NCBI RefSeq assembly: GCF_035084215.1
Contig: NC_090333.1
Coordinates: 28,272,001-28,336,000, forward strand
Direction: 5' to 3'
DNA length: 64,000 nucleotides
From: Heptranchias perlo
Taxonomy: Eukaryota
In this document: positions 1 to 25,310 of the stretch, piece by piece
How positions within the stretch are numbered: position 1 is the first letter of the stretch
Layout of the letters: the number at the start of each line of letters is the position of its first letter
The notes under the pieces: generated by a model
Databases searched by the model: none
What the model saw: only the letters and a program-made list of their open reading frames with translations
What the model was told of the DNA's origin: nothing
Made by a program: the position numbers and the translations under genes

Positions 1-434
1 ACACTCTGCATTAATTAACTTTCTTTAGATGGCGCATTCTCAGTTCTCACAACACACAGTCCTCTCACAGTGCAAAGGCTGAAGCGTTACACTTTGATCT
101 CCTCCATGACCTTGCGTGGGATAACGATATTCATTTTTCTTTGAATTTTTCAAAACTGTAGTTGCTCCATGTGTCTCACAAGTAATACAACTATCTCCCA
201 CCCTTTCCCTTTCATGGCTCCATCCGTAGTTCTTCATATTTAAAATGAGCCAGAAACAAAACATATTGCTCCTTGTGTAATCGATAAGCACTGAAAGAGT
301 CACTGAAAAAGGTTGTGGGTGTCGGGGGGGCGGGGGGCTATTCATTTCACAACTAAACTCCAAAAGTTTCCATTATAGATCAACATAGGGTCAAATGTCA
401 ATATAAGGTTTAATTTACTTTCCTCTTCTAAATA

Positions 435-830
435 AAGAACTTGTATTTATATAGTGCCGTTCATGACCTCGGGTAGCCCAAAGCATTTCACAGCTAATTA
501 ATTACTTTTTGAAATGTAGTCACTGTTGTAATGTAGGTAAATACAACAGCCAACATGCACACAAGATCACACAACAATATAATCTGCTTTTGGTGGAGGG
601 ATAAATGTTGGCCAGGACGGCAGGAAAACTCCCTTGCTTTTCTTCCAATTAGGCCAGGTTTTATATTCACCTGACAGGGCTTAGTTTAATATCTTATCCC
701 AAAGACAGCACGTCACTTGCTCAGTACTGAACTGAAGCATAGATTATATGCCTAAATCCCTGGGGTCAGGGCTTGAATCCATGACCTTCTGACTCGGAAG
801 CAAGTGTGCTACCATTGAGCCATGGCTGAC
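435..830 (-). mobile_element. Deu-domain SINE
   Basis: Reverse-complement similarity to 32247-32712. Confidence 0.72.
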
Positions 831-1206
831 GCCTTTTGTTGGAATCCCCATCACCGTACTCTCTCGATTTCTACAAGTGATGTTTTGGCATTCATCTCTC
901 ATTTGATCTTTTAAATATATCAGTAGGCATCAGGAGCTTGGCAGCAAATACATATAAAGACTTGTTATGGCCTGTAACCAGCAGGTGGCATTCAATTACA
1001 ATCAACAGTCATTTACAGGAATAATATAATCATCACTAAAGGGTAGAAACAAGTAAACCCAGAGGGAAGAAAAAAAACAAGTTAAATGGACAGAACTTAA
1101 AATGTCCTATATTCTATTGAATGATCTCTTGCACTTTTAAACATTATTTTTATATATACCATTCCCCTTTTTAATTCTTCAACTTGCCCTCTGATATTCT
1201 TCCTTA

Positions 1207-1850
1207 AAAGAAAGAAAACTTGCATTTATATATGGACGTCCCAAAGTGCTTTACAACCAATGAAATACTTTTGAAATGTAGTCACAGTTGTAATGTAGGA
1301 AATGCAGCAGCCAATTTTTGCACAGTAAGGTCCCACAAATTCTGGAAATTTGTTATGATCTGGAATGCACTACTGAAAGGGTGGTGGAAGCAGATTCAAT
1401 AGTAACTTTACAAAGGGAATTGGATATATACTTGAAAAGGAAAAAAATGCAGGGCTATGGGGAAAAAGCAGGGGAGCGGTACTAATTGGATAGCTCTTTC
1501 AAAGAGTCGGCACAGGTATGATGGGCTGAATGGCCTCCTTCTGTGCTGTACGATACTGATAGCCCCTGATAGATAACCAGGTAATCTGTTTCAGTGATGT
1601 TGGTTCAGGAATAAATATTTTTTTGTTAGTGGTGGTTGAGTGGTAAATGTTGGCCAGAACATCAGGAGAACTCCCCTGCTCTTCTTTGAAATAGTGCCAT
1701 GGGATCTTTTATGTCCGCCTGAGAAGACAGAGCATTCTATCATCACTGTACTGAAGTGTAAGCCTTGATTTTGTGCTCAAGTCTCCAGAGTGGGACTTGA
1801 ACCCACAACCTTCTGACTCAGAGGTGAGCGTGGCACCACTGAGCCTCGGC
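1207..1850 (-). mobile_element. Deu-domain SINE with nested CR1 tail (~1350-1556)
   Basis: Same family; continuity resumes after the CR1 fragment. Confidence 0.72.
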
Positions 1851-4724
1851 TTGTATCTCCTGTCCTGAATGCTTTGATTCATACTAGGAAATTTTCACAG
1901 GCAGTAGCAATCTTCTGATACCATATCCATTCCATATGTTTTCAACTTGACAGTGTTACCAGGGTATGCGTCCCAGCAGAGTCTGATCCTGTCCTCAGTC
2001 AACGTCCACACAAGCTCACTTCCAGTTAATTACTGCATTTCAATCATGAGCAGGAACCATGGCCACTTTTCACCTACCTAGTTCATGGATACTGAGGCCA
2101 AGTGTGTAGTGCTCTTATTGCTACCCTGGATGAGATCAGCTAATTCAGCACAGATCAGATCGAAGCTGGAATTTTCTTTGTCATTATGGTTGAGTGCCAC
2201 ACAATTCGCCATTGTGGACTCCTGGTCAGGAGGGTAGCTAGGAGACCTGTCCTCCACTGTCTGACTTTATTATTGGGAGCTGCATTCATGCAGCCTGCTT
2301 TGACATAGCCAGTGATTTTTCCTCAGGAAAAAATATTTGTCATTCACATGGCACTTTTACCACAATAACTGGAATGAATTTACCATGTAGGAAATCACAG
2401 GCACTGGCTATAATCCGTCAACTCTATGATACAGCATGTAGGCACCCTAACCATTGGGTGACCATTTTACCTCTATCCTTCTTTACTTTAACTTGAGTTC
2501 ATTTTTCTTTTATTTGCAGTATCATTTGCCATTGGAAATGTGCTTGACAAGTAAAATGTTAATATTATGATTTTGTTTCTCAAGGGAGAAAAATAGCATC
2601 CAAAAGAGGGCACTCCAGAGCTATCCACGCACCTCCATCAGTAACAACTTGCATATATTTAGGTCTTTAATACAGAAAAGATCTCAAAGCACTCATAAGA
2701 GGGGAAAAGGAGTGCCTTTGTGGGAGGGTCAGGAGAGGTGACCGAAGGCTTGGCCAAAGAAGGGCTTTGAGAAAGCTAGCAGCTGGAAGGGAGGTAGAGG
2801 AGCAGAAGGGTTTAAGGAGAGAGTCCAGAAAGTACGACCAAGAAGGCTAAAGGTGCTGCCACCAAAAATGGAGCAAATGGAAGGGAGCTGCTCAGAAGGC
2901 TAGTATCAGAGAACAGAGGTACAGAAGATAGGGTGGGAGAGGCTGAATATGTGGAGGGATCAGCACATGGTTCAAGACATCCCAAAGCACATAATACACA
3001 ACACATTTACTTTTTATATGCATTTGCTGTTGTTATGTAGAAAAAAAACACACAACAGCAAGATGGTATAAATCAGATGAATGACCATTAATCAATTTGT
3101 TTTTGCCATTAGTTAAGGGCAGAATCTTGTCTGGGATAACAGAACTCTTCAAATAGTACATTTCTTTTTTATGCCCATCTGAAACTTTTTGAAATCTCAT
3201 CTGAAGGTCGGCACTTCTAACAATACAGAACTCCTTCAGCACAGTACAGAATTGTCAGCTTAGTTTATGTAGTCAAATCCTAGAGTGGGGCTGGAGCCCA
3301 TGACCTTCTGACTCAGAGCTAAGAGTGCTGCCAACTGAGCCAAGCTGACACATACAACACAGTCCTTTTAATATTTTAGGTGTACTTTTTTCAAGTACGG
3401 AAATAACCATGGGCCCAAATCAGAGGCATTATCAAAATTGTGACAGCGATGAAGTCCACCGTAATCATCATATTAACCATGTTTTGGTTGGGGAGGAACC
3501 TTCAGGCATAACCACAGAATCATTGGTGGACGCGTGACATCTGTTGACTTAAAACTGCTGTTGTCAAATCTGCTGTTTCTAAAAAAAAATCGGCCAAAAT
3601 ACAACTAAATATGACATTTTAACCTTATGTGAACATGAAAGGAAAAGAAACATCTATAAATGTACAGTCAGTAACCTGGTTCCTGGCCAATTTGTATATA
3701 ATAGACATTAGAAAAGATAGTCCCACTGAGCTAACAATTGAGGAAAGGCATTGGGAGGATGATGGTGTGGTTTACCATGTCAAAGGCTACAATAAAGGTC
3801 AAAGAGGATGAGGAGGAATAATGCACCATGGTTACTGTAACAGAAAATGTAAATTGTGACTTTGGTTGAGGCCGTTTTAGTGCTGTGGAAGGGATGGAAA
3901 TCTGATTGGATGGATTCAAACAGGGAGTTGTGGGAGACATGGACAGGTTCAAAGACTTTGCAGAGAAAAAAGGTTGGAGATGGAGAAACAGTTTGCAAGG
4001 ACAAAAGGTTTGGGAATGGGGTTAATGACAATGGTACAATGCAATGAGGAGAGAAAACCATTTACAATGTTATGTGCAGTAGGGTAGGAATGAACACACA
4101 CGTGTGCAATATCTGCAACTACACGATATGCCTCAACTTACTCTTCTATTGGAGTAAAGAATTGAACAATCTGATTCTTCAATTGGATGATCTACCCTCA
4201 AATCCCTTAATACTGTATGCTCATTAATCAAAATGTCCTGCAATAGGTTCTGATTACAAACTGCCGATTACCATGCTCGACTTTGAAAGAAACAGAGTAC
4301 TGCTTGTATTTGTAATGGCTATAATTTTAATAGCAAATTTAACCTGACTTCTCTGCAAAAAAAAACCAGAACAACCTCTACAAGTCATGTGATCCATAGT
4401 TATGTTTGCTTTTGCTCCAATTCTTATAATTTTCACACAGAGAACAAGGATCCAAGGATATTCATTCTTTGTCCATAGGTGATTATTGGGGGGAGGGGTT
4501 GGATCGCAAATTCACAGTGGTGAAGATTTTGAAATCAAACCTGCATTCTTTCACTCCAATTCACAGCAAGATGGAGTTCGAGATAGTCCGTTTATCATTT
4601 TAAATAGTAGATCACCAGATTGCCCTACAGCTCAGTTAGTTTGGCCAGTGGGTAAGTGAGCCATTCAGACCTGGAAGATCTCTGTTTCATTTCCAAGTCT
4701 GTTTTGGGTACTGTGTATACTCTG

Positions 4725-5075
4725 TATGTGGTACTGAGCCATATGAACCAGAAGGTCCCCTCTCTGTGCTCAGTTAGCTGATCTCAGGTGTGGTAGCAAA
4801 ATTGGCCTCAGAATCTTAGGGTAGTAGGGGGAGATCAACCTGGGTTCCCACTCCAATTGCTATCCAGTGAATCTTTCTGGAAGTGTGAACATTGGGTGAG
4901 AAAAGGATCGCGTGTGGCTATGATGACTCCTACAGTAGAATAGTCTGCTAACATTCATTGTCTAGGCTCACACATGAAGAATGATCATACTGGAAGGATG
5001 TTGTCTTTCGTGGAACTGTATCCCAGCAATATTCAGTCTTGTCAGCAGAGATAAAAATGGAAGAAATTGGGAAAA
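4725..5075 (+). mobile_element. Second, unclassified SINE-like family (copies ~1900-2210, 11440-11935, 30400-30720, 37270-37480, 41320-41560, 44608-44985, 57065-57370)
   Basis: Shared blocks GTGGTACTGAGCC, GTTAGCTGATCTCAG, CAATTGGCCTCAG, CTATCCAGTGA, CTAGGCTCACACATGAAGAATG, GGAACTGTATCCCAGC. Confidence 0.65.
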
Positions 5076-5187
5076 ATATAAATTATAAAAAATGTAACCT
5101 CCTCCCCAATGTGTGGAAAGGATACCATATGCTCTCCTAGCTGGTTTCCCTGCATCAGTCCTCCACAAGTTACAACATATTCAAAGC

Positions 5188-5859
5188 CCTGTCCAAGGTG
5201 GCTATCCACAGGTCCAGGTTAGACGTGGCCCGTGGGGGCAGTAGCTCCGACTATCTGCCTCTCTTCCGCCGAATTCTCTGCGCTCAGGTGGTCCTGGAGA
5301 GGGAGCACGCAGTGTCTGCCGGTACGCTTGAGGCTTTCCACGACTGGTGGGCACCACAGGGACTGGAGTGCATCCTGGACCGACATAATAAAATTTTTAA
5401 TTTGATACTTATTTTGGGTTTTTTGGTTTTTCTGCACATAAACACAAAAAAAGAAAAAAACAGCCCTGTGTTCTTGAATTAATTGTGGAAGTGTCTGTTG
5501 GACTGGAGCTGTGAACAAAACAACATCCAAGAAAAAAAATTAAAAAAAAAATGTGACACTTATTTTTGTTTTTTTTTTGGTTTTCTGCATATGAACACAC
5601 CCTAAACCCCCTCTTTCTTATAAAAGGGGGGCCTAAAACGCCAAAAAAATATTTTTTAAAAAGAGTCGCTGCTACGATTGTTTGTCTTTCAGACACACCA
5701 GCAAGCGATCAAGGATCAGCCTGACTGCACTTCCAGTCGATAGTCCTGAGCCGAAAAAAAGAAGAAAAAAAAACACCCAACAGAGGGAGGAAGAGGAGGT
5801 CGGTGCGGTGTAAAAAAAAATCAAGCGTAATAAAAAAAAAGAAAAAAAAAGAAAAAAAA
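5188..5859 (+). mobile_element. 5'-truncated Tx1/L1-like LINE insertion with poly(A) tail and TSD
   Basis: AIHRSR...LPLFR...LEREHAVSAGTLEAFHDWWAPQG (ORF2 C-terminus type); AATAAA 5829 plus A-tail; TSD AACATATTCAAAGC at 5174-5187 and 5860-5873. Confidence 0.75.
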
Positions 5860-6145
5860 AACATATTCAAAGCACTGCATGATTTTCAGCAGCAACAAAA
5901 TGTGCATTTCTTTAACTGCCCTCATGCAGGAAGACGTCTTAAAGCGTTTTACTCACACAAAGCCCCTCACTCCCATAACCCCATCCTCCCCAAGGTCTCC
6001 CACCTCCTGATGGGCTGCCCCTTTGTGCAGAGGGTGTGGAGAGAGATGCGTGGTATCTGTCCCGGTTCATCCCTAACAGTTTGGTAACACAGGACGGTGT
6101 GCTCTACGGACTGTTCTTTCTTCAGAGTCTTCTTTAACATCTTCC

Positions 6146-6182
6146 AGTTCTGACGAAAGGTCTTCGACCTGAAACGTTAACT
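6146..6182 (+). ncRNA. Minimal hammerhead motif (family B) in a Penelope-like terminal fragment (~6130-6245)
   Basis: AGTT-CTGACGA-A-AGGTC-ttc-GACCT-GAA-ACGT-T-AACT. Confidence 0.7.
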
Positions 6183-6699
6183 CTGCTTTTTTCTCCACAG
6201 ATGCTGCCTGACTTGCTGAGCTTCTCCAGCATTTCACGTTTTGTTGGTGTTATTGGTACTCATGCCGGTGCATCCTCTTTGATAATTTTTATTGTAAGAT
6301 GTTGCATTTTGTCTCCTCTGCCCTTTATAAGATCTCTGTGATGCCATGTGTTTTGTTCGTTGCACTCAACCGGCTAAGATATTCTGATTTGCCAAGAAGC
6401 AGCAATTTGGTACAGGAGTGAAAATTGGCTGTGATCGTACGTACATCAACTATTAAACAAATTCTATTTTGGCTGCTGACTTTTCCGTGGTGCTGCTGAC
6501 ATATAAGATTAATCGGGGTGGGGCGGGATGATATTTGTGAACAGAGCATAGTGAGCAGTGCATTTTTCATGATCTAGACAGGATTGTACGCTAGGAAACT
6601 TCATTTTGTTCCATTTCATTACCAACAAAAATCACATGAACCTAAGAGTGCTGCACCCACATACAAATAGCTTCAATGCCTCCGCCAGCCGATTACAGG

Positions 6700-6820
6700 C
6701 AGAACGGATTGGAACGGGGCCAATGAGAGCGCCGTGTGAAGTTTTAGCCCCGCCTTCGGGAGGGTATCCCGCCTCTGTGACGTCAGACGGCGCGTATAAA
6801 GTAGCGGGAGGGATTCCCTG
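6700..6820 (+). promoter_or_regulatory. PLK3 core/proximal promoter
   Basis: CpG-rich segment with ATTGG 6708-6712, CCAAT 6720-6724, GC boxes 6747-6754 and 6768-6773, palindromic CRE TGACGTCA 6778-6785 and TATAAA 6795-6800, about 100 nt upstream of the ATG. Confidence 0.8.
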
Positions 6821-6903
6821 CCCATGTGTCTGATCGGATTGTGAATAGAGCTGGTCGCGGCGCACAGCTGCCGGGATTTTTTTTATAAATATCAATTAAA
6901 AGA

Positions 6904-20717
<13,814 letters not shown>

Positions 20718-22419
20718 AATATGAAATAAAACCTTTTTTGAAGAGGCGAGGGACATACAGTATTTAACATTGCTTCTACTATGGAGTTTTATAGGGTGCA
20801 AGATACTGAGCTACCTGTGTAGCATCGGAATGGCCAGTGTCTGGCTACAATTAGCTGCTGTTTTGGGGGAGGGGGGAGAAAAATCTAATGTCTAACCAAT
20901 GGTGGTTTATAATCTTGCATCTGTTAGAATGTCACTACTGTATAGGAGAAGGACATGTGTGCACAACTGAGCTATTGAAGTTATTTTTGTTTGGTTCTCT
21001 GCTCCCTCGGTGCTTGAGGATTTGTGAAAAATGAGTGCAGTATTTGGTTTTGGTGGGTAGTGATGTGATGAGGATGACTTCCTAATTACTACCCCAGAAT
21101 CTGAAAACTATTAAAGCAACCCCTCCAGTGTGGATAAGTTGATGATCTCCTGATTGCTGGCATGAGAATAGAATCTTGTGTGGTGAAGGTTCCATTTGCC
21201 TATCAGTCACAAGGCAGACTTTTTTTTAAAAGAGACTCTAGGCCTTGAGCTTGCCAAAAGTGAAGATATAATGTGTTCAATTATTTTACTTTCATTTTTA
21301 AAAATGAACTTGTCTTGTTTTGCCTGATCAGAGTGCAGTCAAAGGCAGTGGGTTAATACAAACAGTTTACTAGCTTAACTTAAGTCGAAAAGGTAAGCTT
21401 GAACAGCAGGAATTGAGATAGGATTTATTGCGGACATTAAGTGCAAGACAACTGGACAGTCCACTCTGTCATTAAACCAGGATCTTGATGGACTTGAGAA
21501 ACAGTGCTCAATACATCAGCTTGGTATCTAGACAACTATAATCACATTCCTTTTTAGTGTCATGGACACATTGTAAACCTTTGTCAAATCAAACTTTTCC
21601 AACTTAATCCAAGGCCTATACACCAACTGGACAATGTTTGACTTGAAATAATAATCCACACTAGGGTCTAAATCAAAATCATGGTTTGCCACACTTGTAA
21701 TGGCCTGAATTTATGGTGACTTCCACCAAGATGGACTTTCTCCACTGCTTGTCACTGACTTGTAAATGATTACTGGAAGACACCAAACTGCTGTTTCCAT
21801 TAGTGAGATCCAAGTGCCTCTTATGGGGCGTTGGGGGAGAGAAAGCACTTTGGCCGTGTCCATATACAGAATGCTGTGTTTGTCATTAAGGTAAACTTGT
21901 TGCACCGGATAGGATACTTTTCAGTGGCGGGACAATGGCTATCCCAAGAGACTGGAAACAATCATGGAACTACCTTGCCACATCTCATTGAATTCTAAGC
22001 TGATCAAAAGCCATGTCATAGTAGCAATATTTTAAAGTGCATTTGTAGATTGTCTGGCTGTTTAATTATCTTTGCTACTTCCATCTATTTTGTATAGAGC
22101 ACTGGACTTGGAACTTCTGTGCTCTTTGCACAACCTGGGGGGGATAAAGCAGGACAACCTTCAAACAAATGTTTTGCCTTGATCTGCTGAATATGTTTCA
22201 CTTTTCCAATGGTGTGGCAAAAATGTCCCATTCCAAATCAGTAGAAAAATTGTGAATTGGAGACTTAATGTAAAGTTGAAAAAATTTCATACTTGCCTGG
22301 TGTGGGGAAGAAAAGGAGAAATTGCATTTTGACATATGGTACAACTGAAGTGTTTAAGTTTAGCTCATTCCACATTTATCCATGCCTCCTGGAGGTCTCT
22401 CTATTTGAGATTCCTTAGT

Positions 22420-22500
22420 ATTTAATAAATCTGGTCTTATTTATGTTTATGCAAGTATTGAGCGAGTGAGCCTATTTATTTTTGTATTTATTATTTATTT
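22420..22500 (+). promoter_or_regulatory. AU-rich element cluster in PLK3 3' UTR
   Basis: ATTTA at 22439, 22474, 22486 and 22493 in TATTTATT context, just upstream of the likely poly(A) signal. Confidence 0.7.
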
Positions 22501-22570
22501 CATTGTTTTTAAGGACAACAGAATTTTATTGAAATTCTGTCAAAAGGTTGTATGACTTGTTTTATATCAA

Positions 22571-22576
22571 AATAAA
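22571..22576 (+). terminator. Probable PLK3 polyadenylation signal
   Basis: AATAAA at 22571 (ATTAAA at 22582; alternative AATAAA at 22424) following the ARE block. Confidence 0.6.
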
Positions 22577-22736
22577 GCTTCATTAAATCAACACCTGTTT
22601 CCTCTCATACTGGGGGGGAGGGGGGAAGGAATGCATGAAAATTTTCCAAGAATGTGCTGCATGCTACTTGAAGGTGGGCATATAACTTGCTCTCAAGCCT
22701 CTACAGTTTTGTACTGGGTTGCACAAGAGTAGATGA

Positions 22737-22845
22737 GGGCCAGGATTTTCTGTTTCAGTGCTCCCTAGCCCATGCTTTTGCATCCATTCATTTCAATAGG
22801 TGGAAAAGCAAGCACAGGCTTAATCAGCAATAGAAAATCCCAACC
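22737..22845. mobile_element. Short fold-back MITE downstream of PLK3 poly(A) signal
   Basis: GGGCCAGGATTTTCTGTT ... AATAGAAAATCCCAACC with inner arms GCTTTTGCATCCATT / AATAGGTGGAAAAGC. Confidence 0.5.
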
Positions 22846-24124
22846 AAGATGTGCATGTGGCTTTTTTTTCAGTTCACTTCCATGGGAAAGCACCTAGCAT
22901 GAGTAGTAAGTTCCTGAAGTGTAAATCGGATGCATACAGATTTCAGTGCACTACTATAGCTTCTGATTCATTGTAGTTTTCCCACTATCCACCAATATTT
23001 CCATGCCTTTTAAGTAGTAGAGTTACAAGCAAATCAACTTGGTGCAAAGTGAAATTTCTTACCAATGCACTGAGTGCCATTTGCAGAACTTAGTGAGGGT
23101 TTTTTACTTGACTGGAGGAGACAGTAAATTTCAGAACAATTATGTATTGGTTATAAGGCAAATTCTGAAGGTTCTAAGTAACAAATGTAGCTGGGTTTTT
23201 TTAAACACAGGTTCTTGTATCCTTTTTGGTTGTATTCTTGCACTAGTTTCTTGGTATTGGTCATTTTTTCTTTGAGGGTTTTTTAATTAAATGATGAGAA
23301 AATCCCTTGGCGCAATAATCAAAAGATGTTTATTGCTTTGACTGAAGGTGTTTTTTTTGTATAATGAAATAATTTCATTTTGAGTGCAGGTACTTGCTCC
23401 TAGGTGTTTGCCAATGTTGCTTTTCAGCTCATTAAGGTTATGACAGCAGCTAGCAATTTTTCCCCTTGTCTATGACCAGGAGTTAAGTTGAATGAACCTC
23501 CCTTTATGCTCAACAGTATTGTAAATTATAGGTATCATACAAAGTGGCACTTGCTTGGTAGCTTGCCCTACCCAAATTGAAGAACTTAATTGTACTGGTG
23601 TGTAAGTGACCTGATTTGTATTTGAATGCACCAGAGAAAAGTCTTTATTATAGCATCAGGGAATAATGCTTTTTTTGTTCTTGGCCCCCTGTCAAATAGG
23701 CAGTGGTGCCATAACCTTTCACATGACCTGCACAACCATGAGTCACTTGCCAATAGTAGAATGCAGACTTCTTACCTCAGGATTGTACCCAATATTTGTT
23801 TGTTTTTTTGGATCCATACAAGTCCTACTCTTTATTTCACCATAGTAGTTGTAGATTGAATACAAAAACCTTTTCTTTCTGATCGCACAGCACAATGCCT
23901 TTTTTAACCAAAATAAGCAAGGTGCACTTGTGGATCAGAAGGCTCCTTTTTTCTAAACCAGGTTTGAAGCTGTGTTCCCTTCTGTGACTCCTGCTTTGAA
24001 ACTGCAGGACTTAGTGTAAAGGCTGAATTTTTGCAAACCTGCTCTCTTGTCTACCTCTGACCTTTTTTATGGAGATGAAATTGGTCAATGCCAGTCATGC
24101 AAGGCAGGCTGATTTGCTATCCTA

Positions 24125-25310
24125 AAAACAGAAAATGCTGGAAGGCAGGCAGCATCTGTGGAGAAAAAGGTAACGTTACAGGTTGGCAATCTTTTGTCAA
24201 CTGGAAGAAGTTAAAAGATTTAAGTTTTTAAGCAAGTACAATGCCAGCCAAAGGAGGTTGAGGAGGAAAGAACGAAAAGGAAGGTCTGTGATAGGTTGGC
24301 GGGCAGGAATGACAGGGGATTATAGTGTGAAGTGAGGGTGGTAATGGGACAAGTAAAGAAACAAAAGATGGGTCTAGAGCTGTAAATGGCAACATTAGAA
24401 CCATGAACAACACCTGCTGTCCAAAAAAAATGGCAGCAGTGGTTATGATCTGAAGTTATTGAATGTTTAGGCACTTCACAACCTTCCAGACTAATCAATA
24501 GAGGGGTGCAATGAAAGTTCACTAGATTGATTCCCAGGATGAGAGGATTGTCCTGAGATTAGGCCTACATTCTCAAATTTAGAAGAATTAGGTGATCTCA
24601 TTGGAACCTATAAAATTCTTAGAGGGCTTGCTAGGGTAGAGGCTGTTCTCCTTGGCTGGAGAGTCTAGAACTAGGTCATAGTCAAGATAAGGGGTCAGCC
24701 ATTTAGGACAGATGAGGGAAAATTTCTTCAGAGGATTGTGAATCTTTGGAATTCTCTTCCCCCCCCCCCCCCCTGCCCATCGAGGGCTGTGGATGCTCAA
24801 TCATAGAGTACATTCAAAACTTTTTTTTTGGTACAAAAGGGGAATTAAGCGCTATGGCGATCAGGCGGGAAAGTGGAGTTGAGATTGAAGATTAGCCATG
24901 AACTTATTGAATAGTGGAGCAGGCTCAGAGCTGTATGGCATACTACTCCTCCTCGTTCTTATGTTCCTTGAGCTTTGTTGGAATCGTGTAGGAGGCAGAG
25001 GACAGAAGTGGGAGTGGGGTGGAGAATTAAAATGGCAAGTGACTGGAAGATCAGGGTCACGCTTGTAGACTGAATGGAACTGCTGAGCAATTCCATCACC
25101 CAAAAGCGATCTGCATTTGGCCTCCCCAATGTAGAGGAGACCGCATCATGAGCAGTGAATACAGTATACTAAATTGAAAAGTACAAGTAAATTGCTGTTT
25201 AACCTTGGAGTGTTTGGGGCCCTGGACGGTGGGAAGGGAGGTGCTGCATCTTCTGCCCTTGTGTGGGAAAGGAGCGAGTGATGGAAGAGTGGACTGGGGT
25301 GTCGAGGGTA
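24125..25310 (-). mobile_element. Penelope-like element remnant (GIY-YIG endonuclease region plus terminal repeat), interrupted by CR1 at ~24490-24970
   Basis: Minus strand gives NLVYCIHCS*CGLLYIGEAKCR (~25110-25175) and DPDLPVTCHFNSPPHSH; terminal part 24125-24460 resembles 49965-50095 and 50240-50400. Confidence 0.72.
24490..24970 (+). mobile_element. CR1 LINE 3' end nested in a Penelope remnant
   Basis: Homologous to 61514-61995, diverged. Confidence 0.8.

Noticed and set aside
40-363. 107-aa minus-strand ORF
   Set aside because: Non-ATG start, no recognisable domain, no bestrophin similarity.
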